Shown piece after piece: positions 22,900 to 35,881 of a stretch of 64,000 nucleotides of DNA. Numbering within the stretch: position 1 is the first letter of the stretch; each line of letters begins with the position of its first letter. The translations under genes were made by a program, and so were the position numbers. The notes under the pieces were generated by a model. The model saw nothing but the letters and a program-made list of their open reading frames with translations. It had not been told where the DNA came from and did not search any database. The stretch spans positions 620,001-684,000 of the forward strand of contig JAGIQG010000043.1 of assembly GCA_024679065.1 (NCBI GenBank), in the 5' to 3' direction. Source of the stretch: Sphyrna mokarran. Taxonomy: Eukaryota.

Positions 22900-23352
22900 G
22901 TTGGGCACTAAAAGGCATTTTAGCGTGGCCAGTCCACCTAACTTACGCACCTTGGGACACTAAGTAGCAATTCTACATTGCAGGGGTTCTATGATCCTAT
23001 CCTATGAGTTTAGCATTACCAATCTATCTATCCAGCACATAGTTGGACACCAGAGGGCACTTTGTCATGGTTAGTCCACCTAACCTGCACATGTTTGGAT
23101 ACTGAGAGAAAGTTTAGCATGGCTAATCTGGCTCATCCATGCATTTTGGGGCACAAAGAGGCACCTTAGCTGAGCCAATCCACCCAAGCTGTATATTTTT
23201 AGACTGTGGAAGGAAAACGGAGCACCCAGAGGGAACCTGCGCAGGCATGAGGAGAGCGTGCAAATTCCACGCAGACAGACATCTAAGGCAGGGATTGAAG
23301 CCAGGCCCCAGATGCTGTGAGGCAGCACCGTTAACAGCTGTGCCAGCGTGCT
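22900..23352 (-). mobile_element. HE1-like SINE with tandem internal units
   Basis: V-SINE core and ctgtgaggcagca head. Confidence 0.7.
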
Positions 23353-26300
23353 GTAATGTAATTCTGTTCAACCTAATTCATTCTGTAAAGAGGTTGCACA
23401 CGATTGCTGATGCAAGCTGCCTCATACAGAGAAGTGAAAATATTGTATGATTTATATGTGACTTGATTGAAATTGTGCTCGGACTCTCAGTGATTTGCTG
23501 CTTCAATGTAGAATGTACAGACTGCAGTTCCTCTGATCTGCAGATGAAATGAGTGCGCTTGGCGTGACTCAGAGTGGGGTTTCTGCGAAACTTCCTCAAT
23601 CCTTGTAATGCTTCAAAATGGTCAGTAATTGTCTTTTGAATAGGATCCTGTAGTATGGCTTAAATGTAAATTAGTAGGTCCTCTGTTCAGCTAAATCTAT
23701 TTTGGTTGCCCAAGTGTCTTCTCTCTGTGGTTTAACATTGTGTCTCAGCTTCTGATCTCTGGAGGCAGTTGGGTAGGTGTAGCACTTCAACTATAAAAGT
23801 AAACGAAACACCACCTTGAGCTGTAGTCTCGGACAACTTTCTGTCTCAAGCAATTTCTGCTTTGATGTATTTTCCACAATCCCTGAAAGGACTGTGAGCG
23901 AGACATCTTTCTTAAGGTCATAGCATGCAAGCGTGGCCAGAGCAGGCGACAGAATGTGGTAATGAGACTTCATTATAGTGCAATGTGAGTCTGCTTGAGG
24001 CACGAATAAATAAACATAAAACGTTTCTTTCCGTCTTCCCTATCTGTGCCCCACATAATTCTATACATCTCAATTAAGCCCTCCATCCCGCCCCCATCGC
24101 CTCAGTCTCCATCGCCTCCCCATTCTAATCTATTCCGACACAAGATTCTAGATTTGCATGAGTCTAACTTTGTGCGTGGTCTCAGTAAGGAACATGAATT
24201 TGGGGAGAGCCAGAGCAATCAGCTCCAAATCGATTCTCACATGTTTTGAATGAACTGATATGAGGAATAGAATGGAGTCCATCCTCTTTGCACCTGCTCT
24301 TGTCGCTGGAGAAGGAAGGCGGGATTCTGACCCTGGTTAATCAGGAATGTCAACTGACCACCATACAGTCACAGCAAGTGCCACTACTGAGCATGTGTCG
24401 ATGGTAGAGAACAAGTAACCAGACAACTTCTTTTTAAATAGTTTTGTTTGTCAGTGTAAAGGAGGTTTTTCACCCAATAAAGGGTGTGCTGGCTTTCTAG
24501 AAGCACAATGATAAATAAATACTCTTACTCTCCCTAGATTAAGATAGTCTTGTTTGTTTCTGTGTTCTGTCACCATTTATCATTTCTGTAAAAAAAATAC
24601 GAATACATAATTGTAGAAAAGGGCAAAATGTCGAGAGTTACATTGAATTGGTTGAAGAGAATTTGTCAAAAGAAGCAACAGGAATTAATAAAAATGGCGA
24701 TCGAGGTGTCTGGGACAGTATCTGTAAATTAGAACACTGTAAGTTTAAATGCAAATGCCCAACACTGTCATGGTTATGTAGATTAACTATGCTTAATTGT
24801 CCCGTAATGTCTAAAGTGGTGCAGGTATTCCAGATACCTTATTGGCCAATTATAGGCCGTTTTTTTTTTGATTGGCCACGCTGCGTTGTCCTTAGTGTCC
24901 AAAGGTGTGCAGCTTATGTGGGTGGGCCACGCTAAATTGTCCCCAACTATACAAAGAAGTGCGAGTTGCCGGATTGACCGTGCTAAATTGCACCTTAATG
25001 GGTAAAGATGTGCAGATTACATAGACTAGCCTTGCTAAATTGCCTCCAAGTGTCGGGGGAATCAACAGGCTAAATATGTGGGGTCACGGCGATAACGCCT
25101 GGGTGTGTTTGGTGATAGTGCAGGCTCAATGGGCTGTATGGTCCTCCTTCTGCACTGCAGGAGTTTTATGGTTCTATAAGTTAACTTATCAAGGCTTTAT
25201 CAATTGTCAGTTTTCAACATCCCGTTTTGCGAGAATCTGGCTGAATCTCCCACATTTCAAAAGTAAGTGCACTTCTAAAGATATATCACTGACCATGCTC
25301 TTTTGCAACCCATGCAATGCATGGAGACAGCACTAACTGCTCAGCTATCAGGGTATCGAAGGATGGCTTTGATGTCATGTTTTTTTTTTCTAATATGATT
25401 ACATAAAGAAACAGATTTGTACCATTTGGCCTATCAGCTTCTGTCAATGTTACAGAGGTACCCCATTCCTTCTTTCTATCACGTCATCAACATATCTTTC
25501 TACTCCTTTCTCCCCTTCATGTCTATCCAGCTGCTCAGTTAAAATACATTTATCTCGAGTGGACGTGAGGAGGACAATGGGAAACTGAACTCCATATTCA
25601 GAACGATGCTTTTTTTTCAAAAAATACACGTTTTAACCTGATTTGGTTTGATGTATTATTGTCCAATATATTAATATACATTGAAAAATGGAGCCACCTT
25701 GCATTAAGTTGAACTTTCTCTACATTCTGGCTATGATTGTGGCACTACATTCTGTACTTTCTCCTTTCCTTCTCGTTGAACGGTATGCTTTGTATAGAGC
25801 ACTAGAAATAATACTTTTCACGGTATCACAATACATGTGACAGTAATAAATCAAATCTCTTTACTCTATGAACGGTATGCTTTTTTCTGTATAGCACGCA
25901 AGAAACAATACTTTACACTGTATCCCAATACATGCGACAGAAACAAATCAATTCAAATCAAAAACATTCCCTATGCAACCGAGTTCCATATCCCCCCCAA
26001 TCTTCCAAGATACACTTTTCTCCTCAATTTCTGCTTGGCGACAAATTCATCCTGCAATATTTTGAAATCCTCCTTCTGCCTTGTTGAACCATTTCATAAC
26101 TTCAAACGTTTTGGTGGATCAGCCCTCAATTTTCATTTTTTCTCCGAAAACAAAGAGCTCCAACCTCCTCAAGACCCATTGACAACTGCACGCTCTCATT
26201 GCTGTTATCATTCGTTGTGAAATGTTAACTGCACTTTTTCCATTATCTGGGAATCCTTACCAGATTTGGAAGAGCCGTGCCTTGCACTCCATGTCTGGTG

Positions 26301-28174
26301 CAGCTGATGTGAGTGAGATATTTGAGGCATTTTGTAGAACATGCCGAATGCTCGCTAGTACCTGGACCTGTAGTAAACAGGAAAACCGCAGACAGCTCTC
26401 TACCTCGGTTCTATTTTCAAACCCCTGTCCTGTTTTCATTCATGTCCTCAGTGCGCGTATTTCACTACTCCCTCGCACAGAGAGAACAAGAATGTGTTCT
26501 CAGTGAAATTCGGACCCCGGGTTCAGATTCTCACAGTTTCACTCAAGAACAATAATTTTCATCAGTATCTGTGCATTGCTCCCTCTTTTTCAGGGTGAGA
26601 TATCCTCATTATATTCAGATAGAGCGGAGAAGGATTTGGACAGAGTGAAGAGGCAGAAACTGATTCCATTCACAGGAGTTTCTCAAACCAAATGAACATG
26701 AATTCGGTAAAAGTAACAGAGAGGGGAATGAGGGGATTGTTTTTAACCTATTTGAATTGCTGTGAGCTGGAAGGGTCTGCTTGAAAGGGCGGAGGAAGCA
26801 GATTCAATAGGAACTTTCAAAAGCGGGAATTGGAACTTTCAAAATGGTGAAAATAGATACATATTTAAGGGGAGAAAATTCAGTAAGATTAGCGAAATTT
26901 TTCAAAGATTCATACTCGAAGGGCCGAACGGTCTCCCATCCCAGCCCACTTCGCCTCCTTACCCAACAAACACCTCCTCCCCTCCCCGCGCCGCCCCCGT
27001 CTTCTGCGGTACGAAAAGGTGTGTGACTCGGCGTTCACGTTTAACTTAACAAATGAAATAAATTTTGCTGACAAAATGCAACGCCGATTAATAACAATGA
27101 TTAGAAAAGATATACTCTGATTTGTCATTTCTCCCGAGGTATGCTGTGTGAATAGGCTCCGTGAACAACATTGGCGACTTTGGGGAGAAAACTTGTCAAG
27201 TAGAACTTCAGGGTCAGTTATAAACTTTTGAACTAACTTTAGCGCCCGAAAAAGAAACGAAGCAATGATAGAACGTGCTGGAACATCTCAGCGGCACAGT
27301 GATTAACCCTGCTGCACAACAACGCCAGGAACCTGCCTTGCATTCCCAGCTTGGGTTTCTGTCTATAGAACATACACATTCTCCTCGTGTTTGCGTGGGT
27401 TTCCTCCAGGTGCTCATCTTTCCTCCCAATGTCTAAAGATGTGCGGGATTGTTTGCTAAATTGCCCATTCATGTACAGGGGATTAGCAATGTAAATGTGT
27501 GGGTTTGCAGGGGTAGGGCCTGGGAGGGATTGTGATCCGTGCAGACTCGATGGATAAATAACTCCTTTCTGCACTGTCGGGATTCTATGATCCTGGGATT
27601 CTGAGAACATCAGATGTTTTCGGAACAAGAATCATAGAGTCAGTTTGTTCAGTGCTCAAGGAGGTTACTTGGCTCAATGAGCCGGCACTGATCACTATTC
27701 CCTTAACCCCACAGAGGTTTTCCAGCATTTTCTGTTTTCTTTTTGATCAGTTTCAGGCATGCGATTGTGTGATTAACATCACCCAGTTCCCATGTATCTC
27801 ATCCCCAGTGTTTAAACCCGATTTACTGGTGCATAGACTGGTATTATATCTTTCGAAAGGGAAGAGGAAAATAGGAAAACTAACACCATAATCAGAGCAA
27901 TTACAACTTAGAACATAGAACACTGCAACACAAACAGGCCCTTCGGCCCACAGTTGCGCCGATCACATCTATACCTACCAAGCCACAGAACTATCTACAA
28001 CCCCCTATCCCATTAGTTCCCATAAACTCATCCCTTCATCTCTGTCTCTCTCCTTCAATCCCGCTCTGTTAGACAATTTGTCCCGCGAGTGCTCCTGTTT
28101 CCTCCCAAACTCTCAAGATAAAGTTAGCTGGATTGGTCATACTAAATTGCCCCATAGTGTCCAAAGCTGTTCAG

Positions 28175-28862
28175 ATATCGTGAAAGGGAGATGGTGTGTC
28201 ACGAGTTTTTTTTTCGAGGAAGTAATAAAGGTGATTGATGAGGGAAAGGCAGTGGATGCCGTGTACATGAACTTCAGCAAGGCCGTTGACAAGGAGCCTC
28301 ATGGCAACCTGGTGCAGAAGGTGAAGTCGCATGGGATCAGAGGTGAGTTGGCAAGGTGGATACAGGACTGGTTCAGTCAAAGAAGACAGAGGGTAGCAGT
28401 GGAAGGACACATTTCTGAATGGAGGACTGTGACAAGTGGTGTTCCTTAGGGATCTGTACTAAGAGCTTTGCTGTTTTATATATGATTTGAAGGAAAATAT
28501 TACGGGATTAGTTAATAAGTTTGCAGACGGCACAAAGGTTTTTGGATTTGCCAATAACGATGAGGATCATCAGAGGATATAAGAGGATATAGATCAGTTG
28601 GAGGCTTGGGCGGAGAGATTGCAGATGTAGCTTAATCTGGACAAATGTGAGGTGATACATTTTGGAAGGTCGAATACAGATAGGAAATATACAGTAAACG
28701 GCAAGGCCCTTAAGAGTATTGGCAGGCAAAGGAATCTGGGTATACAGGTACACAGATCACAGAAAGTGGCAATGCAGGTGGAGAAGGTAGTCAAGAAGGC
28801 ATACGGCATGCTTGCTTTCATCAGCCGGGGCATTGAGTTTAAAATTGGCAAGTCACGTTGCA
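28175..28862 (+). mobile_element. CR1 RT fragment
   Basis: VIDEGKAVDAVYMNFSKA...VTSGVP; VVKKAYGMLAFISRGIEFK. Confidence 0.85.
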
Positions 28863-28863
28863 G

Positions 28864-29760
28864 TTCAAAAAGTGCTCAGTCCCTCTTTCACTGTATCTCT
28901 CTCTCTCTGCCTCTCCCTGTGTCATATTGGAAAAGTGTTAAAAAAAAATCTCGATTGAGCAGCATGGTGGCACGATTGTTAGCACTGATGTCTCACAGCG
29001 CCAAGAGCCCGAGCTTCAATTCCGGCCTCGGGCATTGTTTGTGCGGACTTTGCGCATTCTCTCCGTCATTGCGTGGGTTTCCGCGGATGTTCCGGTTTCC
29101 TCCCACAATCCAAAGATCCAATTAGATTGATTGTCCATGCTAAACCTGAGTGTCATGGGGATTAGCACAGTAAATATATGAGGTGACGGGGATAGGGCGG
29201 GATTGATAGAAGTCTAGACTCGATGGCCCGGATGGTCTTCTTTGCACCGTGGGATTCCATGGTTATGTTCTCCATGAAGCATTCACTCTCTCCTTCCATC
29301 TCTATGTGTTTCCTGTTCAAAAAGTACTCAGTCTCTCTGCCACTATCTCTTTCTACCTTGCCTTGTTGTCTGCTGTAAATGTGCTACTCTATTGCATGAT
29401 GGGAAAGTGTGCCAAAAACTCTTTTTGTCATTTTCCGGTCAAATTTGACAGTTAAATTGGACACAATCCTCCGCTCGTTTAATTATTTCCACATGTGATT
29501 TTCATTGAGTGAAAAATTACATCTTGTTGCAGACTTTGCCTTCTCGACCAGCTGTCATGTACTGTTTTCAGGGGTTTGTCGGCCGCGACGCTTCTCCGTC
29601 TGGGATTGGTCCTTGAGACCGGAAGAAGGACCTGCAGGAACCGGCAGAGAGGTAGCAGTTGTTGAGGGAACCTGTTAATCCATGGCGTCTCAATCTACTC
29701 ATTTATCACTGAGTTACTGACACTTTTGAGAGGATTCGTTGTGAAATGTAGCCATTTAAC
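28864..29760 (+). pseudogene. Remnant of a paralogous VJ-C1 receptor gene: last intron, frameshifted TM exon (29533-29655) and 3' UTR
   Basis: Reverse-complement homology to 2397-3290, including the shared SINE. The exon reads (D)FAFSTSCHVLFS, then a 1-nt deletion; polar substitutions in the former TM. Confidence 0.8.
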
Positions 29761-30935
29761 GTTTCGGTTGAAAAGTTGGATCTCTGGTGTTGTATTATCA
29801 AAATTACTCCGCCTGCAACGTGCCAGTGAGAGTAAAGATTGGAAGATTGCACAGCTCAACACATTGCTAACCATTTGGCGTAGGGAAGAAGTATTCAGAT
29901 ATTTGGACCTTTGGGAACTCTTCCAGCGCAATTGGGACCTGTACCCAGCACCCTAGCGCTGTGAAGCAGCAGTGCTAACCACTGTGCTACCGTGCTGCCC
30001 ATAGTCTGAGGGAGCTGGGTTTCTTCTCTTTGGAGCAGAGGAGGATGAGAGACGAATGAAAGATTTATATGATGATGAGAGAATTGATAGAATGGACATG
30101 CAGGACTATTTTCTCGGGTGGGTGTAGCGCTTACTAGCGGGCATAAGTATAAATTTCACGGTGGGAGTTACAGGAGGAATGCCAGAGGTAAATTTTTTAG
30201 TGAGAGAGTGTTTGGGATGTGGAATAGGCAGCCTACTGCGATCGTGGAGTCGGTCACTTTGGGAACTATTGAATGGGCACGTGGAACACTCCAGAATTAT
30301 AGCGAGGGGATAGCTTGATCGTGTGATTTGACATAGCTGGGCACAACCCTGAGGACTGAACGGCCTGTATTGTGTTGTAATGCTCTATGTAGGTGTAACA
30401 GGTAAGGCGGATCATCTTGGCGCTTGGATTAGCACTTGGAATTATGATCTTGACGCCACTACAGAGACTTGGTTAAGCATAGGAGGTGGTTGTTGGTCGC
30501 TTAATTTTCCAGGATACAGATGTTTCAGGCAGATTAGAAAAGAATTAAAAAAGTGGGGTGAGAGTGTTCCACTACTGGTTAACCAGAATATCGCAGCTAA
30601 AATTCGAGAGGAAACCTCGGAGTGCTCATAATACCAGGCAATCTGGATAGCATTCAGGAATAGGGAAGGTACATTCACAATGATGGGGCTTAAACTACAG
30701 ACCTCCCAACAGAGAGATCAATATTCTTTCTCACGATGTGTGCCACAGGTCTGAAATTCCCATTGTTGATTGGCATTATGCTGACTCCACGGCATGTTGT
30801 CATGCTGGCAATTATTATATTTTCAATGCAATGTTTAAAAATAGAATTATTTGGAATTCTCTACGAGAGTGAGAATAACATTGAACCTCATTCCACATTC
30901 TCTACCTTTTCCCTCTTTTTTCTTTCTTTTTACAG

Positions 30936-31852
30936 TTAACTTCATTGCGATTGTGACACTGACTCGAGAAAAGTGTGGTCTATCCAAATGTATCACGAGC
31001 TACATGCTGGCAATGGTCGTGACCGATCTGCTGGTTATTCTCACAGAGGTCATTCTATTTCGGACAGGTTATCAATTTAACCCTGGATCTTTTCTCTCCC
31101 TTACTCCTGTGTGCAGTGTTATTGCTGTTTTGACTCGTGCCTCTAGAGACAGCTCCGTTTGGTTAACAGTCTGTTTCTCGTTTGATCGCTTCATCGCTAT
31201 TTGTTGCCACAAGCAGAAAACAAAATATTGCACAAAGAGAACTGCGTCTCTTGTCATAGCAACGACATGCGTTCTGCTGAGTTTGAAAAGCATTGTTTGG
31301 TATTTTATATATGAACCTTATGAGATAATTGAAAATAAGCCGTGGTTTTGTGCTGTTAAGCAAAGTTATTTTGTTGAGCCAGGATGGATAGCCTTTGATT
31401 GGTTTGACACAGTTTTAACCCCAATACTCCCATTCTTTTTAATATTACTGCTCAATACTTTGACAGTCAGACACATATTATTGGCCAGCAAAATCCGCAG
31501 TACCCTGAGAGGACAGAAGAATAGAGGCAACCACAGTGATCCAGAGATAGAGAGCAGGAAGAAGTCTGCTGTGCTACTTTTTGCAATTTCAGGCAGTTTT
31601 ATCCTTCTGTGGATGGTATATTTTGTGGAATTCCTGTATTATAGCTTTGCAGGAACAACAGTTCTAGATTACACCGACTCATTAAACACATTTGCCCGGG
31701 TTGGAGTTATGCTGCAGAATTTAAGTTCCTGCACAAACACATTTATTTATGGGGTGACTCAGAGAAGATTCAGAGAGCAGTTCAAAAGTGTGTTGAAATA
31801 CCCGATTATTGCAATTGTCAAATTTATTTACAATAAAACAACTGATTTGTGA
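30936..31852 (+). CDS. GPR139/GPR142-like class A GPCR, main coding exon of copy A (no cognate exon 1 found; possibly 5'-truncated)
   Basis: Acceptor tttttacag/TTAAC; 917-nt open exon with 7TM motifs (TDLL, FDRFIAICC, TPILPF, LSSCTNTFIY). Confidence 0.85.
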
Positions 31853-32169
31853 GCAGAAGAAAATCGATCGTTCCCAGATCATAGGAACATATAAACATAG
31901 AAAATCATTCTATGAAGGGTTTGAATGGCTCTTTGGTCATTCAAGCCTGCTGCACCATTTATTCCATTTGTGGCTGATCGTCCAACTGAACATCTTAATT
32001 CAGCTTTTTCCCCATAATCTTTGACTCCATTCACCACAAGTGCTATATCTTGCCGCCTCTTGACTGAGTTCAATCTTTTGCCATCAACTACTTCCTGTGG
32101 TAATGAATTCCAAAAGCTCACTATTGTTTGCCTGAAGAAATGCCTCCTCGCGTCTGTCCTAATTGGTCA

Positions 32170-34035
32170 CACACCATAGAACCATAGAACAATGCAGCAC
32201 AAACAGGCTCTTTGGCCCACGAGTTGTGCCAATCACATCTACCAATCCACAGACCTATCTATAACCCCCTATCCCATTCTTTTCCATGTACTCATCCAGA
32301 ATCTTTTAAAAGACCCCAGAGAGTTTGCCTCAACAATCTCCGACGGCAGCCGATTCCATTCACTCACCACCCTCTGAGTGAGAAACCTGCCCCTAACATC
32401 CTCTCTATACTTACTTCCCTGCACCTTAAGTCTGTGTCCTCTTGTAGTGACTATTTCAGCTCAGGGAAATATTCTCTGAGAGAATATTTCCTGTCTATTC
32501 CTCTGATCATTTTATAAACCTCTATCAGGTCGCCTCTCAACCTATGTCTCTCCAGTGAGAAGGGTCCCAGATCCCTCAACCTATCTTGGTAAGTCCTGCC
32601 TCCCAATTCAGGCAGCATCCTTGTAAATCTGCTCTGAACTCTCTCAATCGCCTCTACATCCTTCCGATAGTGAGGCGACCAGAACTGCGCACAATACTCC
32701 AAGTGGGGTCTGACAAGGGTCTTATAGAGCTGCATCATTACCTCCTGACTCCTAAACTCTATTCCTCGATTAAAGAAGGCCAGTACACCATACACCTTCT
32801 TGACCACTTCCTCCACCTGCGAGGCCGATTTAAGAGTTCTATGGACCCGGACCCTGAGTTCCTCCTGCTCTACAACACAGCTAAGACTCCTACATTGTAC
32901 TCCTTCATCCCATTATTCCTGCCAAAATGGACCACTACACATTTATCTGCGTTGAAGTCCATCTGCCACTTCTCCGCCCAGTCTTGCATCCTGTCTATAT
33001 CCCGCTGCAACTTTTGGCATCCCTCAAGACCATCCACAACACTACCGACCTTTGTATCATCGGAGAACTTACTAATTCATTCCTCCACTTCCTCATCCAG
33101 GTCATTTATGAAAATGACAAACAGCAGGGAACCCAGAACAGATCCCTGGGGCACTCCACTGGTTACCAACCGCCATGCAGAACAAGACCTGTCTACTACC
33201 ACTTTCTGCCTTTTGCCAGCAAGCCAGTTCTGGATCCACGAGGCCAAAGCCCCTTGTATCCCATGCCCTCTCACCTTCTCAGAAGCCTTGCATGTGGGAC
33301 CTTATCAAACGTCTTGCTAAAGTACATGTACACTACGTCCACCGCTCTTCCTTCGTCAATGTGTTCAGTCACATTTTCGAAGAAGTCAACTAGTCTCGTA
33401 AGGCATGACATGCGCTTCACAAACCCATGCTGACTATTTCTAATCAGTCTAAACTTCTTCAAATGTTCATAAATCTTATCCCTCAGAAGCTTCTTCATCA
33501 GCTTACCAACCACTGAAGTCAGACTCACCGTTCGGTAATTTCCTGGACTATCCCTGCTCCCTTTCTTAGAGGTAGGAACCACATCCGCAATCCTCCAATC
33601 CTCTGGAACCCCTCCCGTTTCCATGGACGATGCAAATATCATCACCAAGGGCTCTGCAACCACTTCCCTCACCTCCCACAATAACCTGGGGTACATCCCA
33701 TCCGGTCCCGGCGACTTGTCTATATTGATAGAATTTAACAGGTGTAACACATCCTCTTTCCTAACATGCATATACTCAATCTTTTCCATTTGCCTCAAAC
33801 CTGCAGTAGAACCTCCCAGTTCACTTTCCACCGTGAATACCGAGGCAAATTACTCGTTAAGTACCTCTGCCATTTCTTCCGGATTCACACAGATTTTTCC
33901 CCCTTCACCTTTTATAGGTCCTATCCCTTCTCTTCTCATCCTTTTACTTTTCACATATTTGGAGAAGGCCTTGGGATTCTCCTTAATCTTTCCTGCCAAA
34001 ACGTTCTCATGACCCCTTCTGGCTCTCCTAATTTT
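32170..34035 (-). mobile_element. CR1-B LINE, 5'-truncated (absent from the right arm)
   Basis: RT motifs in ORFs 33271-33831, 33077-33274 and 32451-32816; empty site at ~53350. Confidence 0.92.
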
Positions 34036-34629
34036 TAATCCTTTATCTCCCAGCTGTGAACCCTGGGTCTCGGCTCGCCAACCATCAGAAATATGTTCTC
34101 AGTTCTATCCTCGGTAGTCCTATTTGATCTTTTCAAGTTTCTATGAGATTGCCCTCATTCGTCTGAACTCCACCGGTAACAGTGCTAACCTCATCAATCT
34201 ATCCTCATACATCAGTCCTGTCATCCCCAGAATCAGCCAGAGTACCTTGACTGCATTCCATTGAGAACAAGAACATCTTTCCTCAGACAAGGAGACCAAA
34301 AGAAGAACACAATACTCTTGGCGTGGCCTCATGAACTCTCTATTTAATTGCAACAACACATCCCTGCTCCTGTATTCAAAATCTCTCAAATAAAGGCCAA
34401 CATGAAATTTGCTTTTGTCATCGCCTGCTACACCTCCATGTCTATCTTTAGTGACTGGAGCACAAGGGCACCCAGATCCCGCTGCAAACTCTCCTCTCCC
34501 AATTCAGGTTGTGAAGTTCCTTCCTGTTTTTGCTTCCAAAGTGAATAATCTCACATTGGTCCACATGGTACTAGGTTTACCATTGATTTGCGCACTCGCC
34601 CCAACTGTGCAAATCGTTCTAAAAGATTC

Positions 34630-35881
34630 ATAGAACATAGAACAATACAGCACAGAACAGGCCCTTCGGCCCTCGATGTTGTGCCGACCAAAATAAAAAG
34701 CAATGCCCCTCCTAACTAAACCATTCCCTTCTCATCCATATACCTATCAACTAACCTCTTAAACGCCACCAAACTTGGCGCATCCACAACAGCTGCAGGC
34801 AGGGCATTCCACTCCCTAATCACTCTTTGAGTAAAGAACCTACCTCTGATATCCGTCCTATAACTCATACCCCTTAATTTAAAGTTGTGTCCCCTCGTGC
34901 TAGCTTTTTCCATCCTAGGAAAAAGTCTATCACTGTCCACCCTATCCAAACCTCTAATTATCTTATATGTTTCAATAAGATCCCCCCTTAGCCGCCTCCT
35001 TTCTAACGAAAACAGCCTCAAATCCTTCCACCTCTCTTCATAGGACCTGCCCTCCATACCAGGCAACATCCTAGTAAACCTCCTCTGTACCCTCTCCAAT
35101 GCCTCCACATCTTTCTTATATGTGGCGACCAGAACTGCACACAATACTCCAAGTGCGGCCGCACTAGAGTTTTGTACAGCTGCAACATGATGCTGCGGCT
35201 CCTAAATTCAATCCCCCTACCAATACAAGCTAAGACTCCATAAGCCTTCTTAACAACTTTATCCACTTGACTGCCTACTTTCAGGGATCTATTGACACAT
35301 ACACCAAGATCCTTCTGTTCCTCAACACTATTAAGAGCCTACCATTAGCCCTATACTCTACACATTTATTGTTCCTGCCAAAGTGCATTACCTCACACTT
35401 TTCCACATTAAACTCCATTTGCCACCTCTCGTCCCAGCTCTGCAACTTGTCCAAGTCACTCTGTAAACTAAAACCCCCCTCTTCACTATCTACCCCACCA
35501 CCAACTTTAGTATCATCTGCAAATTTACTGATCCATCCCTCAATACCCTCATCCAGATCATTTATAAAAATTACAAACAGCAGGGGCCCCAAAACCGACC
35601 CCTGAGGCCCACCACTCGTCACCGAACTCCACGAAGAAAATCTCCCATCAACCACCACCCTCTGTCTTCTATCTGCCAGCCAATTTCTAATCCAATTAGC
35701 TTAATCACCCTCTATTCCACACATCTGCATTTTCTGTAGAAGTCTTCCATGGGCCACCTTATCAAAAGCCTTACTAAAGTCCAGATATACTACATCAACC
35801 GCCTTACCCCCATCCACCTCTCTGGTCACTTTCTCAAAAAACTCAATGAGGTTAGTAAGGCATGACCTACCCTTCACGAAA
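34630..35881 (-). mobile_element. Young CR1-A LINE, 5'-truncated (absent from the right arm)
   Basis: PQGSVLGPLLF, FADDTK; (catagaa)n tail; empty site aaaagat|acctcaatg at ~52760. Confidence 0.93.

Noticed and set aside
30851-30935. ORF-track N-terminus of GPCR-A
   Set aside because: Starts at TTG and is intronic polypyrimidine sequence upstream of the splice acceptor.
32586-33433. Long + strand ORFs (also 42407-43018 on -)
   Set aside because: Antisense shadows of CR1 RT coding sequence.
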